From NCBI GenBank assembly GCA_947176485.1, contig CAMWQS010000001.1, positions 1 to 55,551 of the forward strand: 55,551 nucleotides of DNA, given 5' to 3'. Shown here piece by piece: positions 36,714 through 44,569 of the stretch (its first letter is position 1; every line of letters begins with the position of its first letter). The notes below the pieces were generated by a model. The model saw nothing but the letters and a program-made list of their open reading frames with translations. It did no database searches and was not told the origin of the DNA. This stretch comes from an uncultured Clostridia bacterium. GTDB lineage: Bacteria > Bacillota > Clostridia > Christensenellales > Borkfalkiaceae. Both the position numbers and the translations under genes were made by a program.

Positions 36714-39700
36714 ATGTTACACGCTATAAACTGCGCGGCTTTGTCCGTCGCACTGGAACAACTTAAAAAAATCGTCAAGGAAAACGAAGAAAAGGGTCAA
36801 AAGACGGTAATCTTCTGTGAAGACAGATTATCCCTTGCCGCCGAGCGCACGGTCTGCGCCGCGGTAGAGGGTACTTTTTCCACGTCCGTTTTCACCTTGG
36901 CGCGCTTTTTGGCAAGCGAAAAGGGCAAGGCTGAAAACGTCCTTTCAAGCCAAGGCTCGGCTATGGCTGTCCGCAAAATAATAGGCGACAAGAAGAACGA
37001 GCTTACCCTTTTCAAAAAGCTGTCCGCGGCGGGTGCGGCCCAGTCCGTTTACGATACTATCGCGCTTTTGTATTCCTCACGCGTGTCTGCGGAGGACGCC
37101 GCAAAGGCGGCGGAAAACGGCGGTATCCTCGGCGGCAAGCTGCACGATTTGGCGATTATTTATTCGGAGTACGAAAAGTATCTTAAAGAGAGCGGCAAGC
37201 AAGACAGAAACGCTTATCTTCGTCAGCTTGGCGTGGTTATATCCGAAAGCCAGAAAATCCGCAGAAGCTGCGTGGTGTTCTTGGGCTTCCAAGCCTTCAC
37301 CAGCACTTCCGCAGAATGCGTCCGTGCGGCGTTCGGCGCGGCAGAAAGCGTTTACGGGCTGTTTATAGGCGGCAAGGAAGATTTGTACGTCAACGAGGCA
37401 AGCGCAACTTTCCTTGCCATCGCAAACGAGTTCGGCGGCGCCGATATTTCTTCGGTGCGCGGCGACAGTGCTGACGAGGCGGAGGTTCTCCGCCGTGCCG
37501 TCTACAACGCCGAAAGCTTTTACTGTGAGCCAGTGCCGACCGACAAAGTCAACATCTACGAGGCGGCTGATACCGAGGAAGAACTTGAGTTCATCGCCGT
37601 CAATATAAAAAAGCATATCTCTCAAGGCGAGCGTTACGCAAAAATTTCCGTAATGCTCCCCAACGTTGACGAGGGCGAGCGCGCTCTTGCCCGCGTATTC
37701 TCGCGCTATAAAATTCCCTACTATGCGGACAGAAGGCTGTCTTTGTCCGAGCACTCGCTTTGCGCCTTCGTCGTAAACTATCTAATCTGTGCAACTTCGG
37801 GTTGCCCGTTTGCAGAGGTGGATGCAATAATCGCTTCACCCTATTTCCCCGCAGAGCGCGCCGAAAAGGATATCTTCCGTAACTACCTTTTAAGGCTTGC
37901 CTCCTACCGCGGCGGCGTTAAGCGCACGCCTAATAGCGAGGCGACGGCTAACCTCGGCTTTGATATAAACGCCGTCGAAAAGGTGAGAAAAGAGTTTTTA
38001 AATGGACTTGACTTTTTATCCGTAAAAGGCGGTATTTCAAGCATATGTGGGGGTCTACGCGCACTTTTAGAGTATTTTAAGGTGCAAGAAAGGCTAAATG
38101 ATATTGCCGAAAGGTACCGCGACTACAGGCCCACGGCGGCGCAATTTTCTTCCCGCGCATACGAAAGCTTGCTTACGGTTTTGGACGAAGCCGAAAGCAT
38201 TTCGGACGGGGCAACCGTCAAAGAGTTCGTAAAAATATTAAAAAGTGGCTTTTCCGCTATGAAAATCTCGCTTATCCCCCCCAAGGCGGACGCCGTTTTC
38301 GTCGGGGATTTGGCGGCAACCGCAAACACGGGCAGTAACGTGGTTTTTGCCGCGCATCTTTCGGGCGAAGAGCCCTCCGCAAGCTCGGATACGTCCCTTC
38401 TAACCGATAGGGAAATTGCCGCGCTTGAAAGCGTTAACCTCAATATATCCCCTAGGATAAGCCAAGTTAACGCCCGTAAAAGGGAAACTTGCGCGCTCAA
38501 CATCTGCGCCTTCAAAAGCAGACTTTATCTGTCTTATTCCGTGCGCCAGAACGGCGAGGAAAGCGGCGCAAGCGAGCTTATTTCATACGCCGCCGCGGCT
38601 TTTAAGACTACTAAGGGAGCAAAACTGGAGCCCGTTTCCGTAAAAAAGGTGGAAACGCTCTACCGTGCAATACCCTATTATTGCAGTGAAAAGCTGCCCG
38701 CAATAAAATATTTAAGAAAGTTTGCCGCCGCCGAGTGCGCCCCGTCGGTCTATAAGGTTTTAACCGAGCACGGCTTTGAGCGTGAGGCGTCTGCCGCACT
38801 CAAAATACCCGTTAAACGCGCCATATCCTGCGGGCAACGGCTTTATTTGGGCGGAAAAAGCAGTTTATCGCCCACCACTTTGGAAACCTATTTTTCCTGC
38901 CCTTACCTCGGCTTTATGCGCCAAGGGCTTAGAGTTCAGGAGAGGGAAGAAGGCGTTATCCGCGCAGTTGACACGGGTAACTTTATTCACTCCGTTCTTC
39001 AGGACGTGGTGAAGGAAACGGGCAGTATCGATACGGCTGAGGAGTTTGCTAAGCGCACCCGCGCCGTTGCCGAAGAAAAGCTTTCCAAACCGCCCTATTC
39101 CTCGCTCGTGGATAACAAGAGCGGAAAGTACGTCGCGGACGAGCTCTTGTACGAGGCCGTTAAAATTTCGGACGGAATGTACCGACAGATAAGGAATTCC
39201 GCGTTCAAGTTTGCCGAGGCGGAGTGCGGATGTGAGGTGCAGCTTTCAAACGTAAAAATCTACGGGCGTATCGACCGCGTTGACGAAAGCGGCGATATGG
39301 TAAGAATTATCGACTACAAGACGGGCAATATCAACGCAACCGCTTCTAAATATTACACCGGCAATAAATTGCAGTTGCCGCTGTATCTTCTTGCCGTATC
39401 TAAGGGCAAGCGTGCGGCGGGGGCTTACTATTTCCCGGCGTCGCTTGAATACAAGGACAAGCAGGACGGCGTTTTCCGTCTTCAAGGCTTTATGGACGGC
39501 AGCGACGAGGTGGTTATCGCGTCGGACAGCACCGTTCAGCCCAAAATGAAAAGCGACTACGTTAACGCATCGCTCGGCGGAAGCCGCTCGGAAAGCGCCA
39601 TGTCAAGGGCGGACTTTGCCGACTTTTTGGAGTATTCCAAGCTCGTTGCCGACGTGGGCGCGGCGGAAATGCTTTCGGGCAATATAGCTCCTTCCCCCGC

Positions 39701-39851
39701 GGAAGGCACTTGCCGCTATTGCAAAGCGGGCGGAAGCTGCGGCGTGAATCTCGGCAAGGACGGGGCGGAGCGCAAGCATAAGTCCGTCAGCTGCTCGCAA
39801 ATTGCGGGGCTTGTAAGAAAAGTTAAGGGGGACGGAAATGCAACTGACTGA
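36714..39851 (+). CDS. addB: Helicase-nuclease AddAB subunit B (RexB-type, no N-terminal Walker A)
   Basis: RecB-type nuclease motif GRIDRVD..IIDYKTG and Fe-S cysteines (CPYLGF ... CRYCKAGGSC). Overlaps addA by 14 nt. Confidence 0.85.
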   Translation: MLHAINCAALSVALEQLKKIVKENEEKGQKTVIFCEDRLSLAAERTVCAAVEGTFSTSVFTLARFLASEKGKAENVLSSQGSAMAVRKIIGDKKNELTLFKKLSAAGAAQSVYDTIALLYSSRVSAEDAAKAAENGGILGGKLHDLAIIYSEYEKYLKESGKQDRNAYLRQLGVVISESQKIRRSCVVFLGFQAFTSTSAECVRAAFGAAESVYGLFIGGKEDLYVNEASATFLAIANEFGGADISSVRGDSADEAEVLRRAVYNAESFYCEPVPTDKVNIYEAADTEEELEFIAVNIKKHISQGERYAKISVMLPNVDEGERALARVFSRYKIPYYADRRLSLSEHSLCAFVVNYLICATSGCPFAEVDAIIASPYFPAERAEKDIFRNYLLRLASYRGGVKRTPNSEATANLGFDINAVEKVRKEFLNGLDFLSVKGGISSICGGLRALLEYFKVQERLNDIAERYRDYRPTAAQFSSRAYESLLTVLDEAESISDGATVKEFVKILKSGFSAMKISLIPPKADAVFVGDLAATANTGSNVVFAAHLSGEEPSASSDTSLLTDREIAALESVNLNISPRISQVNARKRETCALNICAFKSRLYLSYSVRQNGEESGASELISYAAAAFKTTKGAKLEPVSVKKVETLYRAIPYYCSEKLPAIKYLRKFAAAECAPSVYKVLTEHGFEREASAALKIPVKRAISCGQRLYLGGKSSLSPTTLETYFSCPYLGFMRQGLRVQEREEGVIRAVDTGNFIHSVLQDVVKETGSIDTAEEFAKRTRAVAEEKLSKPPYSSLVDNKSGKYVADELLYEAVKISDGMYRQIRNSAFKFAEAECGCEVQLSNVKIYGRIDRVDESGDMVRIIDYKTGNINATASKYYTGNKLQLPLYLLAVSKGKRAAGAYYFPASLEYKDKQDGVFRLQGFMDGSDEVVIASDSTVQPKMKSDYVNASLGGSRSESAMSRADFADFLEYSKLVADVGAAEMLSGNIAPSPAEGTCRYCKAGGSCGVNLGKDGAERKHKSVSCSQIAGLVRKVKGDGNATD
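38025..38053 (-). repeat. Motif M, copy h, inside addB
   Basis: Minus strand CCCCCACATATGCTTGAAATACCGCCTTTT. It is preceded by GTAGA, as in copy g. Confidence 0.6.
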
Positions 39852-42800
39852 CGAGCAGGTTGCCGCTATAGCCGCACGCGGTAAAACCATAGTTTCCGCC
39901 TCTGCGGGCAGCGGTAAAACCTTTGTAATGATAGAAAAACTCGTTGACGCGGTTTCGGGCGGCGTTGACTTAGACGACGTGCTTGCCGTAACCTTCACCA
40001 AAAAGGCGGCGGCACAGATGAAGGAAAAGCTGCGCTCTGCTATAATAAAGCGCGTAGAGAACGCGGGCGAGGAAAAGCCCCGCTTAAAATCACAGCTTTC
40101 CAAAATATCCTCTGCAAATATTTCAACCATTCACTCTTTCTGCGCAAGGCTTATAAGAACTTACTTCTACGCTCTTGATGGGGTTGACTCTGGCTTCGAT
40201 ATAATTTCTGCGGACGACGCCGTCGCACGCGATTTAAAGGCGCGTGCCGTGGACAATCTGTTCGAAAGACTGTACGAAGACGACGATAATGAGTTCAAGC
40301 TGCTTTTGTCGTGCTTTATGAAAAAGCGTAACGATGCGTCGTTAAAGCGGCTTTTGTGGGAAGCTTACGACGGGGTGCGTTCGGTTGCACACTATAAAGA
40401 TATACTTGAAAACGCAAAAAGCGTGTATACCGACGATGGCTTTAAAGGGGTATGCGAAGACTACTTTTTGACCCTAAAAAACAAGATTGCCCCCCTAATA
40501 TGTGCCGTTGAACGCTTTAAAAGCCAATTTCCCGTTACTAAAAAGGCAGCTGCCTACGACCAGCTTTTTACCGAAATGGAGTGCTCGCTGCAAGCGTACG
40601 AAGCCGCAGGGCTTTTCGGCGCAAAGCCCGCCTTAACGGTATCCAGAAAGCCCGTCGACGCGGCGGAAGACAAGGAAGCCGGCGCTTTATTTAAGGCGTT
40701 TAAGGACTCTTTAACCAAAAAATACGCCGCCCTTTGCCCCGATATCGAAACGGAGGAAAAGGAGCGGGAAAAGTTCTTTAAAAGCGGACTGGTTGCAACT
40801 GCCTTTTCAAGCGTACTTTTGCAATTGGATAGGGAATATGCCGCAGTTAAGGCGGATGAAAACAAATTAGATTACAACGATTTAGAGCATTTAACCCTTC
40901 AGCTTTTAAGCGACGAGGGGATAAAAAAGGAAATAAATTCGGGCTTTAAATACGTCTTCGTGGACGAGTACCAGGACGTAAACCCCGTGCAAGAAGAAAT
41001 AATTTCTTCACTGTGCGGCGAAACCTTCCTCGTCGGCGACGTCAAACAGTCAATTTACGGCTTCCGCGGCAGCAAGTCGGTTTTCTTCACCAAAAAATTT
41101 GAAAACTTTGAAAAGGGCTTGGGCAACGCCTTGAAGCTTTCAAGCAATTTCAGAAGCTCGGACGCTGTTATTAACTTTGCAAACGACCTCTTTTCAAAGC
41201 TGATGCGCCCCGATACTTGCGGCGTGGACTATAAAAAAACCTCCGTTATGCGTGCGGGCGGACAGTACCCCGCAGGCTACGGAGAGGCTAAAATTCACGT
41301 TTTCGGCAAGAACGAGGAGGAAGAAAGTGAGCTTGAGGTGTATTCCGTTTTAAACGACGGAAGCGAAGCAAGTCACACGCGAGAGGGGCTTGCCGTTCTT
41401 AAAATCGTCGAAAAGGAGCTGAAAAGCACCCATTACGATTTGAAAAAGGGGGAATACGTCCCCACCCAGCTTGGCGATATCTGTATTCTCACGCGCAAAA
41501 ACAAGGGTGATTCTGTTGAAGGAATCGTCCGCGCACTGACCGACCAAGGATACGCCGTTTCGGGCGCGCAGGAGGCGAATATCTGCGAGCTTGCGGAAGT
41601 AAAGCAAATTTTGGATATTCTTTCGCTTATCGATAACGCCGAGCAAGACGTGCCTTTGGTTACCGCGCTTTTGTCGCCTTTGGGCGGCTTTTGCGAGGAC
41701 GAGCTCGCCGAAATAAGAATTGCTTTTCAAGGGGTAAAGCCCCCGTTATCGTTCAGAAAATGCTGTGAAAAATACTCTGCTCTCCCGGGTGAAATATCGC
41801 GAAAGTTGCACATATTCGGGGGGCAATTGCAAAAACTCAGAGATTTAGCGGACGTTTTGCCCACGGGTGAGCTTATAGACGAGCTTTTGGAAACTTTCGG
41901 GTTAGAAAGCGGTTACGGTGCCGGCGGCGAAATAAAGGTTAAAAACGTTTTACGCCTTAGGGAGGAGGGCGCGTCCCTACCCCTTGCAGCCTTCTTGCAA
42001 AAAATTAAGGCGGGCGGTTACGACGTTTCCGCGCCCGCGCCCGCCCCTTCGGACAGTATAAAAATTATGTCTATGCACGCCTCGAAAGGGCTTGAATTCC
42101 CCGTGGTGATAATTGCCGATATCTGCAAAACCTTTAAGGGTCAAGACTATTCCGAGGTACCGTTTGACGAAAAATTCGGCTTTGCGCCCAAGGCTTTCGA
42201 TAGGGAAAATATGCTTGCGCAAAAGACGGTATTGCGGCGGCTGATAAAATCCAAACAAGACGAGGAAGAGCTTTTTAACGAGCTTAACCTTTTCTACGTT
42301 GCTTGCACCCGCGCCATGTGTAACCTGCACGTGCTTGCCGAAACGGTCAAGCCGTTCGATGAAACCAATTTCTTTGATGCCAAGTGCTATGCCGACCTTT
42401 TCAATATGCAAGACTTCTTGCGCGAAGACGCGGGCGATTTAACCGACTTTTCGGCGGAGGAATACGGCGGCTCGATGCTGTACGCGCCCGACGACGCACT
42501 CGTTGAAAGTATCGAAAAGCACTTTATGCAGCTCTACGCGCACGAAAAAAGCGTCGATTTGCCCGTAAAAAGCTCGGCTTCGGCAATACTCAGAATGCGC
42601 GACGACGAACCCCACGAGGTACCCCACGTACTTTTCGGCGGCGAAGGGGAAACGAGTACGGACAAAGGCACCGCCTACCACAGATTTTTGGAGCTTTGCG
42701 ATTTTTCAAAGAAATCGGTGGAAGAAATCGAGGGCGAAAAGCTCAACTTTTTAAATTCGGGAAGAATTTCTGAGGAGCAATTCAGTCTTTTAAGCGGTGA

Positions 42801-43152
42801 AGAGCTGTCGCAAATATTGAATATGCCAGTGTTTGCGGACTTAAACGGCGCCACCCTTTACCGTGAACGGGAGTTTTTGTGCCGACTTAAAGCCAAAGAA
42901 GTTTTGGAAACGGAGGCAGAGGACTACGTTTTGCTGCAAGGCGCGATAGACCTTCTTGCCGTGGGCGATTTCGGCGTTAAAATAATAGACTACAAGTATT
43001 CCCACAAGACGGACGAGCAGCTTATTAAGACTTACACACCCCAGCTTAACCTTTATAAAAAGGTTACGGCGGCAATTTTACACTGCTCGCCCGATAAAAT
43101 CAGCACGACCATCGTCAATATTCACACCCGAAGGCAAATTGATTTGAAATAA
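39838..43152 (+). CDS. addA: Helicase-nuclease AddAB subunit A (UvrD/Rep-like helicase plus RecB nuclease)
   Basis: Walker A SASAGSGKT, VDEYQD, SNFRS, and C-terminal nuclease GAIDLL..IIDYKYS. Confidence 0.9.
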   Translation: MQLTDEQVAAIAARGKTIVSASAGSGKTFVMIEKLVDAVSGGVDLDDVLAVTFTKKAAAQMKEKLRSAIIKRVENAGEEKPRLKSQLSKISSANISTIHSFCARLIRTYFYALDGVDSGFDIISADDAVARDLKARAVDNLFERLYEDDDNEFKLLLSCFMKKRNDASLKRLLWEAYDGVRSVAHYKDILENAKSVYTDDGFKGVCEDYFLTLKNKIAPLICAVERFKSQFPVTKKAAAYDQLFTEMECSLQAYEAAGLFGAKPALTVSRKPVDAAEDKEAGALFKAFKDSLTKKYAALCPDIETEEKEREKFFKSGLVATAFSSVLLQLDREYAAVKADENKLDYNDLEHLTLQLLSDEGIKKEINSGFKYVFVDEYQDVNPVQEEIISSLCGETFLVGDVKQSIYGFRGSKSVFFTKKFENFEKGLGNALKLSSNFRSSDAVINFANDLFSKLMRPDTCGVDYKKTSVMRAGGQYPAGYGEAKIHVFGKNEEEESELEVYSVLNDGSEASHTREGLAVLKIVEKELKSTHYDLKKGEYVPTQLGDICILTRKNKGDSVEGIVRALTDQGYAVSGAQEANICELAEVKQILDILSLIDNAEQDVPLVTALLSPLGGFCEDELAEIRIAFQGVKPPLSFRKCCEKYSALPGEISRKLHIFGGQLQKLRDLADVLPTGELIDELLETFGLESGYGAGGEIKVKNVLRLREEGASLPLAAFLQKIKAGGYDVSAPAPAPSDSIKIMSMHASKGLEFPVVIIADICKTFKGQDYSEVPFDEKFGFAPKAFDRENMLAQKTVLRRLIKSKQDEEELFNELNLFYVACTRAMCNLHVLAETVKPFDETNFFDAKCYADLFNMQDFLREDAGDLTDFSAEEYGGSMLYAPDDALVESIEKHFMQLYAHEKSVDLPVKSSASAILRMRDDEPHEVPHVLFGGEGETSTDKGTAYHRFLELCDFSKKSVEEIEGEKLNFLNSGRISEEQFSLLSGEELSQILNMPVFADLNGATLYREREFLCRLKAKEVLETEAEDYVLLQGAIDLLAVGDFGVKIIDYKYSHKTDEQLIKTYTPQLNLYKKVTAAILHCSPDKISTTIVNIHTRRQIDLK
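40490..40523 (+). repeat. Motif M, copy i, inside addA
   Basis: CCCCCCTAATATGTGCCGTTGAACGCTTTAAAAG preceded by GATTG. Translated as APLICAVERFKS. Confidence 0.65.
41799..41829 (-). repeat. Motif M, copy u, inside addA
   Basis: Minus strand CAATTGCCCCCCGAATATGTGCAACTTTCGC. The first ~25 nt match copy f (CAATTGCCCCCCATATATGTGCCAA) at most positions. Confidence 0.65.
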
Positions 43153-43154
43153 AA

Positions 43155-43188
43155 ATAACCCCGCGGAATTTTCCGCGGGGTTATTTTA
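43155..43188. terminator. Bidirectional terminator after addA
   Basis: 14-bp stem AATAACCCCGCGGA/TCCGCGGGGTTATT flanked by A/T runs. Confidence 0.85.
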
Positions 43189-43845
43189 TACGTTGTATTT
43201 TGCCATAAGCTTTAAAAGCGCGTTGAAGTTGTCGTTCAAAATGTCGGCTTCGGCAGGGTTCAAAGAGCCTTTTATTTTAAGCACAGCCAAAGTGTTTTTC
43301 AGCTTTTCAAGCTCAAGCCGGTCGGTTTTTGCAAGGTTCTTAGTCAAAAGCTTGTCGGTAACAGCAACCGCGTGTTCAAGCCTAACGCCGTTTTTTGCGG
43401 CGGGTACTTGCGCTTGGGCTTGCATATCCGTACGCGCTGCGCGAATCGGCTGAACGGGGATAGGGGTTTCGGTAACGGCAGCTTGCGTAACCTTTGCCTT
43501 GCGGACCGCGTAGTTTTTTGTAAAACCGCAAAGCGCACCGTAGAGAACGTACCCGACTACCCAAAACGCAACGGTAGCGGTAATCGACTGTGCAAGACTG
43601 CACTTAAGCATAAACGCGGCAAGGGTTACCGCGGCGTACGCATTCGTCAGGCACAAAAAGGGTTTTTTGGATGCCGCTTTAAACTTTTTCGAAGCAAGCG
43701 TCGCCACGAGCGCAATTAAGAAAATTGCAAGATAAGAGCCCCATATAAAGTATATTAAAGTGTCGAAGGGGAGGCTGTCAAACCAACTGTAAAAGCCTTT
43801 AAAAAAATTAACCATCAGTTTAATTATAGCCTTAAATTTTTGCAA
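43186..43845 (-). CDS. Hypothetical membrane protein
   Basis: Three or four hydrophobic segments at the N-terminus and a charged helical C-terminus. TTG start at 43845; the ATG at 43815 is an alternative. Confidence 0.55.
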   Translation of the reverse strand: MQKFKAIIKLMVNFFKGFYSWFDSLPFDTLIYFIWGSYLAIFLIALVATLASKKFKAASKKPFLCLTNAYAAVTLAAFMLKCSLAQSITATVAFWVVGYVLYGALCGFTKNYAVRKAKVTQAAVTETPIPVQPIRAARTDMQAQAQVPAAKNGVRLEHAVAVTDKLLTKNLAKTDRLELEKLKNTLAVLKIKGSLNPAEADILNDNFNALLKLMAKYNV

Positions 43846-43847
43846 AG

Positions 43848-43880
43848 GGTGCCGAATATGCTCGAAATAACGCTGTTTTT
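43848..43880 (+). repeat. Interspersed motif M, copy j (intergenic)
   Basis: GGTGCCGAATATGCTCGAAATAACGCTGTTTTT. The C-run is degraded. Confidence 0.55.
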
Positions 43881-43896
43881 GTCAACGGATATTATC

Positions 43897-44406
43897 TTAA
43901 ATGGATTTCAAATTGGTCTGAATTAATTCGCCTGCTTTTTCTGCCTTTTTAAGTATTTCACCCGTTACGGGCGTTCCCTTCTTTATTATCACCACGCCGT
44001 CCTTTACGACGTCACTTTTAAGCCGTTTCGCCTTTTTGGCAATGACCACGTCGCCGTAAATAAGCTCGGTCGGAGAATAGCTTTTTTTGCCTATTTTAAC
44101 CCGCAAAATTCTTTTCCCCGAATAGGACATATCTTCCAGATTACCTAAATAAATTCCGCCGTCGTCGTAGCTTGCCCTGCCAAGGCGAATGGGCTTTGCC
44201 GCCTTTATCACCCGCTCTCTGTCCTCGAAAAGAATGGTTTCGTCAATCTTCAAAACGTTTTTCATATCAATATGAAACTCGTTCTCATCCTCGTCGGCGC
44301 AGGTAAGGCACTCTATCTTCCCCGCCGCCGCGTTCACGGAAACAACGTAACCCTTTCTTCCTTCCGTGCTTAAAACCTTTTTGCCGTACAACATTGAAAC
44401 GTTCAT
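43897..44406 (-). CDS. Hypothetical protein (possibly PRC-barrel-like)
   Basis: Clean ORF. YGKKVLSTEGRKGYVVSV weakly resembles YlmC/YmxH-type PRC barrels, so family assignment is tentative. Confidence 0.5.
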   Translation of the reverse strand: MNVSMLYGKKVLSTEGRKGYVVSVNAAAGKIECLTCADEDENEFHIDMKNVLKIDETILFEDRERVIKAAKPIRLGRASYDDGGIYLGNLEDMSYSGKRILRVKIGKKSYSPTELIYGDVVIAKKAKRLKSDVVKDGVVIIKKGTPVTGEILKKAEKAGELIQTNLKSI

Positions 44407-44509
44407 ACTTTACTCCTTACGCTCTATCATATTTTTAATTTCAAGGCCTTACTACAACTAAAAATATATATTTTTGTCGATTTTAAAGTATATAATGTTT
44501 ACATATGAC

Positions 44510-44538
44510 TTGACACGTGTAAAGTTTTGGTGTAAACT
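44510..44538 (+). promoter_or_regulatory. nadB promoter with overlapping 14-bp near-palindrome (candidate NiaR operator)
   Basis: TTGACA (44510-44515), 17 nt, TAAACT (44533-44538). TTGACACGTGTAAA (44510-44523) is palindromic except for one symmetric position. Confidence 0.5.
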
Positions 44539-44569
44539 TTTCTAAATCATATATAAAAGAAGGCATAAT

